Positions 25,714 to 37,944 are shown, counted from the whole stretch's first letter. The stretch is 53,989 bases of DNA, filler included, from Sphacelaria rigidula (GCA_964200075.2; 5 parts of 5 records of this genome joined end to end with filler, not necessarily neighbours in it), one strand, 5' to 3'. A program made the numbers and translations. Notes: generated by a model not told the origin, from the letters alone.

Positions 25714-25880
25714 AGGGAGGGAGGGGGGGACGTACTCATTTGTTGCTTGCTCAAGTCATTTGACCATTGGCCACGTGCATCCCCTGCGAGACAGAGCACC
25801 GCTCTCACTCCTAATGGAGACACCTTCAGCATTTCGGCGCTCATTGCATTCCTTTCATGCACTACAAAAAAGCCCTTCAC
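25714..25880 (-). mobile_element. 3'-tail fragment of the LINE family
   Basis: G-run + gtactcatttgttgcttgc..tgaccattggccacg..ctcctaatggagacaccttcagcatttcggcgctcattgcattcc, matching about 4113-4245. Confidence 0.85.
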
Positions 25881-26754
25881 GTATAGGTGATGGGTTTGGG
25901 GATAGGACAAAAATGAGTGCTACATCAAATATCGTTACCAGGCATGATCGTAGCGCATTAATCGGGATTTAGTGTTGCTCCGGCCGTCTTCATTGTACCT
26001 TTCATCAGTGTGAACGCCTCCGTACGTTCTCGTCGATGATGACGAGTATTGGGTAGTCATGGCGTGCAGGAAGTACCCCACGGGAATTAAGGATTTTTCC
26101 AGCACACGGAGCGGAAAACGTCTAATATGTTGTGGTGAGGATACATACGAGGCATTAGTACAGGCAAGCATACAATACAAAGTTTTCAGCCATATCATGA
26201 AAAAATGAGCACGTTTTAGAGTATCGTCACGGTACACGCCAAGCCTTCGTATAGGTTACCATGTCTCTGTGTCTTGAACAAAAACAAATATACAGAACAA
26301 ACTAGACGTGGAGAGAAAGGGGGTCACATTTTTTCACGTGAAACTCACGTACGATGTTCTCACGAGATTCTGACATGTAGGAATACTGTACTGAGTACCA
26401 GAAAAACATCATGAAAGCAAACGAGAGTAAAAACGCACCCCCAGCTCACCCCGCGAGAAGTAGAGTGGAAGATTCCCCCGCTCATTTCACTCCTCTTTCA
26501 TTCATGAAAAAAGATGAGTAATGATGAATCACGATAACTCATGTATGTGATTCAACCCTTCATGACCTCTCATAGTTTTTTCGCTCCCATTTTGTCCGCT
26601 GACAAGCCAGTCCTGAAAGTTTAATGAGGATACTTTCATACAGGGTGAACGGACCGAACAATTGGCATGGATCGGTCAAGTAGGAATGGTTCAAAACTAA
26701 CGATTTCAGGCAGCAGGCGTGAGAGCAGCTTTCTGCCGTGTCATAGTTTTGATG

Positions 26755-27230
26755 AGGGGGGGCTGTACTCTTCATCTTGCATGCCGTAGTCACGAAACGA
26801 TTGACCTCGCATTCCTACGAAGCCGGGACAGAGCACGCCGGGTTTTCGCCGGACCGGGCTTGCGATCAATCACGAAGCGCGAAGCGCCATCAGTGTTCGG
26901 CGAGTCGCATGAAGGGTGCGCTGCATCCTGCGAACATTGCTCGGCCCGAAGCCTACTAATTATCTTACATATGAGTGGTTATATGGAAGGAGTGAACTTT
27001 TTTTTTTTCCCCTGAGGTTTTGCACTGTCGGAGCCTCTGGATGACGAACATATGGGCCTTGATGAGCAGCTTCAGAAAACTTTTGGGCAAAACAAAATGA
27101 ATCTCTACCGTAGAATCCCTCATACGGAATGCAGTCTCCAATGAGTTGCTTCATTTTCTGGTATCGTCACTTGCGGAGACAGCCACGGCTTACACACTGC
27201 CTAATGGGCGTCATGGTTTTGGGGGCGGGG
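26755..27230 (-). mobile_element. SINE-like copy interrupted by ~170 bp of unrelated sequence
   Basis: Homology to the family at 26755-26960, resuming at about 27130-27215; G-rich sequence at both ends. Confidence 0.75.
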
Positions 27231-27760
27231 ATATCGCGGTGCACCTTCTCTTCTTTTCCTCCATGCACCACTCTATCGCGCGGTGCACTCACATCATTGT
27301 ACACGCTTAGTTATATGCAGTGCGGGTACGACCATCGCCGGTGGCTAACGCACGTATAATAGTAACATTGACACCAGGGTAACGCGCGACGTCTCATTTT
27401 CGTTGTCTTGTTCATGTACGTAGCTCTCTTGACTCTTCACCAAAAACCACAAAATATTCCGCACCCGATCAAGCACTAAACCCCTCGACCGTCAGGGCAA
27501 TAGACCATCCAGTGAAGCAGCATTACCTTCGCGTGGAGCATGACCGTGAGGTCCAAGTAGACCACTCTCCCGACCCAAAGGCACGTTCAACAAGCTGCAA
27601 TAAAGTAAACCCTGTTCATTCAGCGTCGACCCAGCGGTTAGGGGGGCCGAAGGCTTTAAAGAGGTGATGAAAGTAAATCTGGGCTATGTGATCAACGCTA
27701 CCCTGGCGAGAAAGAGCCAACTAAAGATAAATCTCACGATGGGTGGGTACCGGCGTGCTG

Positions 27761-27920
27761 ATTATCGTAAACGCCGTAGTCATGAGAGCATTGACCTCGC
27801 ATCTTAACCAATCTGGGACGGAGCACGCCGGGCTTTCTCCCGACCAAGCTCGCCATCAACAAGCACGAAGCGCCGTGATGTGTTCGGCGAGTCGCATGAA
27901 GGATGACCTGCATCCTACTA
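27761..27920 (-). mobile_element. Diverged, truncated SINE-like copy
   Basis: gccgtagtcatgagagcattgacctcgcatc..gggacggagcacgccgggctttc..ttcggcgagtcgcatgaagg. Confidence 0.75.
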
Positions 27921-28013
27921 AGGTGTGGGTGCATCCTACTAAGGTGTGGGTGCATCCTACTAAGGTGTGGGTGCATCCTACTGAGGTGTGGGTGCATCCT
28001 ACTAAGGTGCGGT
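27909..28013 (+). repeat. 21-bp minisatellite (TGCATCCTACTAAGGTGTGGG) x5
   Basis: Directly visible; near-identical units with no spacers. Confidence 0.95.
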
Positions 28014-28341
28014 GCCGCGGTAGCCCCCCCGTACCCCCCCGCCCCCCAAACCAGTCCCAAAAGTGTTGCGAAGAAAATGGCCACACAGCAATTGATAGCT
28101 GGTTTCAGACCGCATGAAGCGCCTCATATAGGCGGCGTTGGCGAAAACAATCCCAAGCGTGGGAGTTCCCAGCTGCTCGGTATGCTTGGCTTTTGTCAAT
28201 TTGATCCATTCACATGTAGATTTTACCTCCTCAATTCAACCACGTATCCAGGGGGGGAGGAAGGGCTATCGCAGCATCATTCTGAGACTGTTTGACCCGA
28301 AGCGTGCCAAGTATCTTGATGGCAGCCTGGAAGCGTTCACA

Positions 28342-28930
28342 GGGGTGTACTCATGATCTTGCATGCCGTAGTCATGAGACGATTGACTTCGCATCCCTAC
28401 GAAGCCGGGACGGAGCACGCCGGGTTTTCACCGGACCAGCCTCGCACTCAATCACGAAGCGCGAAGCGCCGTGATGTGTGTTCGGCGAGTCGGATGAGGA
28501 GTGGGCTGCATCCTGCTAAGATTCTTCGGCCCGAAGTGTACTGACAATCTTGCATTTGGATGACAGCCTCCGATGAGTTGCTTCATTTTCTGGTATCGCC
28601 ACTTCCAGAGACAACTGCGGCTTACAAACCACCTTATGGGTGTCTCGCTTTTCAAACACCACGTAGTATGATCATCCCTATCGCGCGTAGAATCGAGGTT
28701 ATCCCACCCCGCGCAATATGATCTAGCTCGACCACTATCCAGGTTACCGCAAACAAAACCCGCAAGCGCGCGCAAAAAACAAACAAACGGTAGACTGGTT
28801 GCCTAGCTTGCGAAGCGAGTGGAGTACCTGCGCCAAGCCCACAGGGGGGTCCGTCCCTACAAAGCCGGGACGGAGCACGCCGGGCTTTCGTCGGATCAGG
28901 CTACTTGGGAGGGGAAGGGGGGGGGGGGAA
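28342..28930 (-). mobile_element. Long SINE-like copy
   Basis: Colinear with 24919-25500. The unit restarts at 28396 and 28856. Ends in a long G-run at about 28907-28928. Confidence 0.8.
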
Positions 28931-29319
28931 AAGCATGGCGTAACTTAGGCACCGAGTACCTGCAACACAGGATTAAGTACGCCTGTGATACGCAGTAGAG
29001 AGTCGTTCATCAGTACAGTACTCGTATAAATAAGGGTGTTTGATGCATCACACACTGAGAGAGGGTTGGGGTTAGCTTCACGGGTGTGCTACACACGACC
29101 GGCCCGACACACTCGCTGAGCGTTTAGCGTGTGGCTGGAAAAAAATCGTCGCCGAGCGTGGGTGAACACGTATGTCATGTCTTTATTCATGCCCAAGATT
29201 TGCTAGAAAAAAGTTGCTGCTCGCAGCGACACTCTCTCACTTCAAAGTGACCCACTCTGTCGTGCGAGAACTGCCTCAACACACACACGGATCACTCAAA
29301 AATTGAAATGTATGCTTAC

Positions 29320-29401
29320 CATGATCCTGTCGATGAAAGGCTTGCTCTTCGGATGTCCCCTGGGAGTGTTGAAGATGTCCATCAAGATTCCTTTCATCAC
29401 C
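29320..29401 (-). CDS. BRX1: BRX1 internal exon
   Basis: cag|(R)VMKGILMDIFNTPRGHPKSKPFIDRIM|gtaagc; Brx1 KSKPF-D motif. Phases join both neighbouring exons. Confidence 0.93.
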
Positions 29402-30206
29402 CTGTTCCATCATTTCGGGGTGTGACAAAACATGCATCACACGCCGAGCGACAAAATGAGATGAATATGTGTGCCCTCGTGGGACGCGGGCAGGGGGTAG
29501 GGGCTTAAAAGGAATAACTTAGCAGCCGCAAGCAGACCAGGGGGAGCGAGGCCTGTCGAACGAACCCCACTAATCCATCGTCGACGCTCGCTTACTTCCA
29601 TGGACAAGGTCGCTCAAAAATCATGGCCAGTACGAGTAAGTTCCCCTTTTGATGCGCTCGAGTGCTTGGGGATGGAAGCATGGTATAAACCAATACGTGC
29701 TGAGAGAAGCCCAGACTTCAAACTTCAAACTCTGCTCGAGAACACACACAAAACTATCACATCCTCACGAATCAAACACGTCATGAACTAACTCCGTCTT
29801 GCTTTTTCCCCCCACAAAAATAAGATGTACTTGGTCATTTACGACAGATGCGGCTGGGGCAGGACCTCAAACCAAAAAATACTAGCTGACAACATGAGGA
29901 GCGGGATGCACTCCTGTTCTTCGCTTGCCGTACTTGTTGGACCATCGGCCAGCCAATCTGGACCGGGCGTACATCCCATCGCTTGTTTTCGTTGAGGCGG
30001 CACATAATCACCTAGGGCGCAAGTGACGAGTCTTCACGACAGCAGAGGCAGCAGCAGCCGCAGTCATCAATACTACCTACCCCGACAGTGATCATCATCA
30101 CCATCTGACCAGGAGCTGCAGCAACAGCATTACCAAGGACAAGCAACAGCCGAGCCTAGCACCACCGTCTCCCTCTACCAACGGTCGATACCTCGATACT
30201 TCTTAC

Positions 30207-30323
30207 CGCCAGTGGGGGGTCTGGTCGAACTTGATGTCGAAGTTGAGGAGCGGTCTCGAGCCAAGCATGCAGTTGCCCGTCAGTTTGAGCTCGTCCATGG
30301 TGTGCACGTTCAACACGTGAAAC
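30207..30323 (-). CDS. BRX1: BRX1 internal exon (5' exons lie outside the contig)
   Basis: cag|FHVLNVHTMDELKLTGNCMLGSRPLLNFDIKFDQTPHW(R)|gtaaga; hallmark NVHTMDEL.LTGNC..GSRP. Confidence 0.95.
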
Positions 30324-30487
30324 CTGTGTTCATTCCGTTCCGTTTTTTTACGATGGCCAAAACAACAAAAACAAATGTGTTGACCTCACTCATTCAAAAA
30401 AGTGATCCCTCCCACGTACTCATCATCTCGTACTGTCTCGTCTCGTCTCGTCTGTCTTTATTAGTGTTCTTTCTTACACCCACCCAG

Positions 30488-30584
30488 CTCGAGAACAATG
30501 TTGCCCGGCGAAGCAGACGCCCACGATGGCAACAAGGACTCTCGCGCGGTTTGCTGCGCGGTGGTGTACATGAGTCCGTCTTTG
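30488..30584 (+). CDS. Candidate exon of an unknown gene antisense to BRX1
   Basis: Long pyrimidine tract, then cag|; open frame SRTMLPGEADAHDGNKDSRAVCCAVVYMSPSL; donor |gtatgt. No recognisable homology. Confidence 0.35.
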
Positions 30585-30967
30585 GTATGTCAAATGCGCA
30601 TTTTGAAAGGCAGTAAATAATTTGTCAAAACTACTTTTGGAAACAACATGTCACCATGCGGCAATGAACAGACGGGTGGGAGGAATGTTAGTATGACTGC
30701 TTTCATCGACCCCTTCCCCCACCACCACGTCCATCCAATGGCCGCCGCATATGCTACATTGTGCGCATCGTCCTCCCATAAACGCATCGGTGCATTTACC
30801 GTGCCAGAAACGGGTACCGTGTGCGCGATATGCAAAACTTGTGGTCGGCGTCCTCCTCCCTCGCCCCCAAGATCGCATCACACCTGTCTTCGCCGCAGTG
30901 TAGTATAGAAATGTGGCGAGGTGGCAATAATTGGCTCATAATTCCTAACCCCGTCTTGGTGTACCAG

Positions 30968-31012
30968 GTCCTGCTGTTCGACTTTTTCATGTTCCTCTTT
31001 TTTCGTCAGCGA
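30968..31012 (+). CDS. Candidate second exon of the antisense gene
   Basis: ccag|VLLFDFFMFLFFRQR|gtgagt; phase 0, compatible with the previous candidate exon. Confidence 0.3.
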
Positions 31013-32356
31013 GTGAGTCAGTTCTGTTTTTCTTGGGTACGTACATCATGCGACCGCGGCCGGACCCCTGGGGGATCAGTTAACGTGTGACAATGAATCA
31101 ATCATCAATCATCAACCATCAATCAATCCCCACAGGCGAGCGCCTGTCGCTACTTGTGTTTCGCGGCACGCTAACCACCGATTTTTGATCCCATCCTATC
31201 ACCGCCAGAAACGCTGGAGCGCGCGCGGTACCTCGTCACTAACGGAACGGTGCATTTTGCGTCCCACAGACTGTGCGATGTCCGCGTACGCTGTCCATGG
31301 TTCGCCCGCCTTCCGACCACACCTTCCCTTGCGGCCATGATACATACATCCATGTGTTGTACTGTTGTAGCAATAAGCCAGTAAGCCTTCCATCTTAACC
31401 CTCAGATAGCGAGGGTAGGTCATCTGTTGGATCGGCATCAACTCCGCTTGAAAACAGTATGCGTGATCCAAACGGCATACCCTCGCGGAGTATCGATTTA
31501 AAATAAGGTAGGGTGGTCGCGTGACATTTGTCATTCATGAGCTGGCAACCCACTCCAACCCCTCCCCCTAATCCGACCAAGCCTTCCCTGGCGGCCATGG
31601 CATCTCCAAATGCGGAACTGTGGCAGGAACTTCCCCATCAACGCGATCGTGGGTCGTGAGCTGGCAATCCCACCCCCATCCGATCACACCTTCCCTCGCC
31701 CCTAAGGCAGCCACCAACCAGCATATCTACACATTTCAACGTAACGGGGTGTACAGTATACACGTCGATCCCAGTAGCTTCGATCAACGTACGTGATCGA
31801 GTAGCCTGTACGAGTAAAGTGGTTGAGTGCAGCTTTGCGATCAAGACTGACCTCGAAACGTCAAGACTCCAGATATCAAGCTGAAGGAGTAGACGGCGTT
31901 ATTTCAACATCTCCCTGGGTGTCGCTCGCTCGCGTGCAACGCCGCGGACGCAAAGGAGCTGGCGACACATGCAAATACCTTCGTCGGCTTCAACCGCACC
32001 TGTCGTTTTCCCATTCTGGGTTCCATGATTTTCGTACGGTCTCTTTTCGACAGCAGGTTTGATTCCTCTCGTTTTCTCTCGTTTCCCAAGTTTTCGTTCC
32101 TTTGATATCCGACCGCGGGTCTCTTCGTCGCCATTTTGTCTTACCCACGGTCGATACAGGCCAAAAAACAACCAAAACCTCGTTCGAACCCACCCACCCC
32201 TACCGAACATCAATATTTCACGGTTAGGACGAAACACGACTACGAATCACCAAATCCACGATTTCATTGGCCTAATTGCCCAAAAGGGAGAAAAAAATTG
32301 ACCGCTGGTCCAAGGGGTAGCCACGCAACTTTTGCGCCATTCCACGTGTCTGGGCT

Positions 32357-32456
32357 NNNNNNNNNNNNNNNNNNNNNNNNNNNNNNNNNNNNNNNNNNNN
32401 TTAATTAATTAANNNNNNNNNNNNNNNNNNNNNNNNNNNNNNNNNNNNNNNNNNNN
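32357..32456. other. Artificial contig-joining spacer
   Basis: Same 100-nt N/TTAATTAATTAA/N structure. Confidence 0.98.
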
Positions 32457-32468
32457 TTGAGCTCGTGA

Positions 32469-32784
32469 GTAACATACCATCGAGTCCGATAAGCACTACA
32501 TCGCAAGGCCAAGCAGGGACTCACTTTCACGTGCAGAAGAGGTGCTCTTGACTTGCTTGCAAGCGAGAGGTCTCCAAGTGGTGGCTGCGATAGCTCTGTT
32601 ATTAATCAGTCTTAGCTAGGTAGCTAAACGAGTGTTGCTGGGTGATGGAAGTTGTGAGGGCGAGTGGCTCCGGTTAAGGACGCCCAATTGGAATACAGCA
32701 CCAACATGCGAATGGAACAAGACCTACTGCATTCGCCACGCGTACTGCAAAACGCCTACCACACATACGGTCGATATCCGCCGT
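32469..32784 (+). repeat. Dispersed direct repeat, copy 1 (copy 2 at 41056-41341)
   Basis: accatcgagtccgataagcact..gctctgttattaatcagtcttagc..gtagctaaacgagtg is shared; similarity decays toward gatatccgccgt. Confidence 0.85.
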
Positions 32785-34199
32785 AACTTCCCCCTCCCTT
32801 GCTTCGTGCACGCTGCTAATGGAAGGTAAGGAAAGTCACAGCTCAATGCACTCCGGGGGAATTCCCTCTACTTTGTATGCCATCAGCCGAAGATCACGGT
32901 AGCGACGAGAAAACCGCAGAATTTCGGAGCTAAGACTAACCGCGGGAAAAACTCGTCATGAAATTGGAAGGATGGGCAAAACCCGGTCTTCAGAAAAAAG
33001 CCTCATCGCTTGGGGAAAAAATCTCTCACGCCCTTTTGGATCATAGCGAGTGCTTCCGCATGTGCTATGTCGTCCCGGGATCCCAGTTACACTGAGAACA
33101 GAAACCACGGAGAATAGTCGGTGACTATTTTCCGATGGTAACGGCGCTTCGACACTCTTGATTGATTTACAATCCCGGGTAGTGTAGGACTCGCAAAAAG
33201 AGCTGACCCACTAAAAAAACCCCAAGGAAGCGCTTACTGGCTGATGGGAGTGCGTAGGCTTTTCTCTCACCGACCAGCAGCAACTGATCTACTGGACACA
33301 GGGGGACTCTTATATCTTAGATCAACAGTTCCGTCATGGTACAGTGTCCAAGCAGGTACTAGGTGCCGCCCCTTTTTATATCACGCTCACTCCACGGTAT
33401 GATACGCTCTACTCGAAAGGGGTGGGGCACCCTAGAATCGGATCAACGTTCTTCGAGGACGAAGAAACGTGATGAACGAACCGGGTACGTGAACCAAAGG
33501 GTGGGATCAGGTCTGACAAAACCAAGAAATTAATAATCTCCATGGAATGCAAGACCGGGAAAAAAAACAAAGGGTGGGCCAAGATCAACTCCGCGAAAAG
33601 ATGTAAAGGAAAAGGGAAACCGAAAAATAGTGCTGGAGGAACGAACCAGGCCCACAGCAAAAAGAGAAGGGAGAAAAGAAACTGGAACATGGAAGAAAAC
33701 TAGAAAGGACCCACCACGTCCGTAATACGACAAAAACAACTCATGGAACATGAAAACAGTCAAAAACATAGGATTGACACGAGAAAAAGGATCAGGCCCT
33801 TCGGAATCAAGAGACGCCAAAGCCAAAACGGAATAGGGAAGAAGAACAAATGGAATCCAGACTATAAATAACCGGACAGAGAAAAAAAGGATGAGGCCCT
33901 GAGGAGGAAGCTCTGCTCCAAAAAACGAGGCAAACAAATCGAGAAGGCGCCCCCCCCCAAAAAACAATCAAGATCGAACGTGGTAAGGTGAGAAAATAAA
34001 GCCGGGAACGATACATGGTATATAACCGAGCTCATGATCAACGGGAAACCACCAGTGAAAACAGACCCGAAGAGAGTAGAAAAAAAATAAGTACTGAAAA
34101 GCTGTTCCAATAAAAAGAAAGAAACAGTACTGAACTACTGCTCATTACTATATAAAAAAATAAAATACAAATACAAAGCGCTGCTCGCTCCTGTAATGC

Positions 34200-35700
34200 A
34201 CCACAAAACGGTCTCCAGCTTTCCTTCGTACAATGTTAATGCTTTTCTCTGCTTCGCTCGCTCAATGCCATCGACTCACTCGTCTGGGTCACTTGCTGAA
34301 GCTCTTCACTTGAAGGCTCCCCGCAGTCTTCGTCGTCTCATCACTTCTTTCGAAGCATTCACCGTCGTCGAACACTCGTCCTTTTTGCTGAGCTCCGTCA
34401 ATACCCTCTCCGAATGCGAAACCTATGAGGAAACGACTTCAGAACATCACTGCGCGACAGAGGGACATGGCGTGCTCGGGCGGGATAGCATACTTGATGC
34501 CTTGGCTGGGTGGTGCAGATGCCAAAGGGCGTGGAACCCGTCCACTCGGGAAGCATCAGGCTTTCCTGGGTGCGGGACTCTGCTTCCTGGTAGCTTCTGA
34601 CATTGCTCCATCCTGGGCCTTTGCTCGCTATTTCCAACTTGCTGTTTTGTTTTTTCAGACTCGCGACGGTGTTTCAGGGTGAGGAAGTGGGGTGTGGGGT
34701 TTTAAAAAAGTTGGCGTCGCCCCGAAGTCTGGTGTTCAACCAAAGTAGGCGGACCCGTCAGTGGTTGAATGTCTGAGGTGGGGCAGGTAACAGTGTGTGG
34801 TTCGACCTATGGCGGACTATCTTGCGCGTACGTATTTTGTGTCCTTGCATCACCTCCAGACCGCGTGCCGTCATTAATCGTTGCCAACTTTCCATGTACC
34901 ATGTACTAGTGCTGCAATTTCCTGCCGTGGCCATCTCGACATTGAGATCTCACCTTCCGGATCCATCACCAGTCTTACCTCGCATAGGTGCTATTCGCGC
35001 TGTTCTACGAAAGGGTCCAGTCCTTCACTCGGTTCTGTTTCTTGTGATATACGTGAAGATCAGCTTAGATATATGTGTGTGTTTGCGTCGACACGGCAGC
35101 TCGGGAAAGAGAGCAGCGTGTCAAGCAATGTGCGCTTGGTTCAAGGGGCCAATGAGATGTGTTCACCTCACCTGACTTGCAAAGCTCTGACAACATATCC
35201 GGCATACATCCTCCTGGTCTCACGACTACGTTCTTACCGCGTGGGAGGTCTGACGCTTCGGAAAGAAATGCCTTCTTTCAGTCACCTGCCCAAATGGGTG
35301 ACTACCTCCACGCTAAACTCTTCGCCTCTGTTCCGCGAATCTTTGAGGGGCACCGCAAGTTAGGCACATTCTGCAGGGGCACTGACTACCCCGTTGACTT
35401 GTTTTGATGGCTGTGGAAAATCAATTGGGAATCGAGAAGCGAGGTCAAGTGCCTGCAGATGTTTGTGTATGTGAGTGCAACATCACCCCAAGTGTTGGCT
35501 AGTTGATCACCTCGCCCCATGGGTCTACCGCATGCCGTTTGGCGACTGCTCGACCTCTTGGGCCTCCTGCAACGGCATGACAGCACATCTTGCCTGATAT
35601 CTTTCGTACTTCTTGAAAGGGAGCGGTCACGTGTCATGGAAAGGGTGGCGCCTACTGCTAAATTTTCGAGTGCTCATCATTATTTTTGGAACCGCCGGCA
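34200..35700 (-). mobile_element. Heavily decayed Ty3/Gypsy-like LTR retrotransposon pol remnant (integrase and downstream region)
   Basis: Minus-strand fragments in integrase-like order: KDIRQDVLSCRCRRPKRSSSRQ (end of zinc-binding region), AVPLKDSRNRGEEFSVEVVTHLGR (cf. P..I.SD.G.EF), GGCMPDMLSELCKS, then VDGFHALWHLHHP. Many frameshifts and stops. Recognised by eye only. Confidence 0.5.
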
Positions 35701-35799
35701 GCTCCTCCGCATCGACTCCCAGGTATCGCTTTTATTTCGTACTCAGATCGCCTCCCACCTACCGTTTCGGCCGTCATTTTCCCCCCAGGTCCAACGGTT

Positions 35800-36533
35800 T
35801 TGTGGGGATTTCAGAAACAGTGGAAGGATTGCAAAAACAGATAGACAAGGCGCAAGAATACACTACTGTAGGCGATGGAGACTGACAGCGAACAGCGAAT
35901 GAGAGTGATAACGAATGTGAAAAACATGCGCGATACTCGTCTGTAAGTCCACTAAAGTTCAGGCGGGAGTGGGGAGGAGGGAAACTGTCGATTCCAGACC
36001 AATATACATACCTTGGCTTAGAGACACAAGACAAATGTTCTTGGGATGCACAATTCAACAAGGTAGTATAAAAGGTCAAGCACAGATAGGGAGGATGAAC
36101 GTGATCCTCAGAGACCCGCACCCAGACACCAGGATTGAGATATATATCCTGATGAACTTGATCGTACCACAGCTGGAATATGCAGGAGAAATATGGAAGT
36201 GGAACGTGAAATTGGTGGAGCAAGCTAGAAACAGTAACGAGAGCAGCAGCCAAGCAGATATTTGAATGCTCGGACCTGCCGGAAAGATTAGTTGATTGAT
36301 TGGTTGATTGTCGCACTTTAACTGATCCCCCCAGGGTCCAGCCGTGGTCTCATGATAGACGTACCCACGAAAATCGAAACTGGAACACGTTCTGAGAAAA
36401 AGGAGGAACAGAAAGAAAAAAAAAAGTATACCAGTAATCGGAAAGAGGAAGTTGATAGACAAAACTACCTCTGTGGCAAAGCAATCGAGAGCAGAAGTCA
36501 TAAATGGCGCAATGTGATCTGTACAAGGAGAGG
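35800..36533 (+). mobile_element. Second degenerate LINE copy, part 1 (RT 3' half to zinc knuckle)
   Basis: FVGISETVEGLQKQIDKAQEYT, DQYTYLGLE, ILRDPHPDTRIEIYILMNLIVPQLEYAGEIW and KYTSNRKEEVDRQNYLCGKAIESRSH, all paralleling 4400-5450 on the opposite strand. Confidence 0.88.
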
Positions 36534-37199
36534 CAGCACGTTTCACGCACCGAGTATGCTGCCTTTGTGAATTGTTATGAGTTCGAGTGATCATGTGCCT
36601 CTTGCGCCGCGGAGCTTCATGGAATAGTCGGCGGTACCATGGTTCACACGATGACTCTCAAACTGTAATCGTACAATGTGATGAGTGGGGCGTTCTCGTA
36701 ATATGGCGCGATCACTATCTTGGGTTTGAGCTGGACGGTTCTGTACGTGTGAGCAGACGAACGTTACGAGAGTGACTACAGGAGAACAAAGCCCGCGTTT
36801 TTTTGTTTTGTTTTTGGGGGGGTTACGGTAGAACAGACAAATCCCGGCGAGTGATACATCTTGTCTCACGTGGTTGGTATATATATGTACGTGTATGTAT
36901 ATGTGTGATTCCGGAGATGATTAGATATAAATATATGAACGTACATAGCTACGGCTCAACCATATTGCATGGGTCCGCACGTCTCAGCAGTGGTTGCCAT
37001 ATCCGGGTCTCGCCTTGGTCATGGTCCGCTAAACGGGGCTGTGCACGTCCTAGCGTTGTAAATGACATCCGTGGTTGTGACGGAGGACAAGACTCGACCT
37101 TGCACGTGGCCCGACTTCGGGATATCCTCGACAGGGTCCATGCTTAATCAGGCTTCCTATATACATTTCACCCGGCACAACGTTCGACGTTGTCCACCG

Positions 37200-37920
37200 T
37201 CCGCAGTCTCGGATACCTTGGTAGATGAAATGGTCTATCGGGGTCTTGTGAACAACGCAAACTTGACAGGGTACTCTTCCCTATATACGGGAGGGGTCCA
37301 CAGGCAGGTTTTAACAGAATCTGTCTCCTCGCACAAGGTCTTATGCTGTGCAGGGTCCGCACATTTGGATACCCTGGTAGGTGGCGGTAAATTTCAAGGT
37401 CGTCTTGAGAATGAACCTTGAGAGGCATCGCCCCCGACACCCTGTGCAGGGTCCACTGTTGTACAAGGTTGAGAAAATCTTACCCCTTGCACAAGGTCTC
37501 ATGCTGTGCAGGGTCCGCACGTTTGGATACCCTAGTAGGTGGTAGCACCTGTCGAGGTCGTCGTGAAAATCAACTCTGACAGTCGTCGCCCCCGACACTC
37601 TGTGCGGGTTCCACCGTTGTACAGGGTTGAGAAAATCTTACCCCTTGCACAAGGTCTCATGCTGTGCAGGGTCCGCACGTTTGGATACCCTGATAGGTGG
37701 TAGCACCTGCCAGGGTCGTCGTGAAAATCAACCTTGACAGACGTCGCCCACTACATCCTGTGCAGGGTCCACCGTTGTGCAGGGTTGAGGAAATCTGCCT
37801 CCTGGTACAGGGTCTCATGCTGTGCAGGGTCCGCACATATGGATACCCTGAGAGGTGGTAGCACCTGCCAGGGTCGTCCCAAAGATCAACCTTGACAAGG
37901 TATTGTCCCTTCGACCCTGC
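37200..37920 (+). repeat. 158-bp tandem array, about 4.5 units
   Basis: The anchor tgctgtgcagggtccgcac starts at 37344, 37502, 37660 and 37818 (exact 158-nt period). Confidence 0.93.
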
Positions 37921-37944
37921 AGCTGTGGCCGAATGTCCACCTGT

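Noticed and set aside
33409..34110. Phe/Leu-rich 'membrane protein' ORFs (also 38854-39510 and 4291-4857)
   Set aside because: Products of low-complexity pyrimidine-rich strands or antisense to LINE coding sequence.
35386..35637. KDIRQDVL as the missing ATM DDLRQD exon
   Set aside because: Different contig, and the surrounding residues fit a Gypsy integrase remnant rather than a PIKK.
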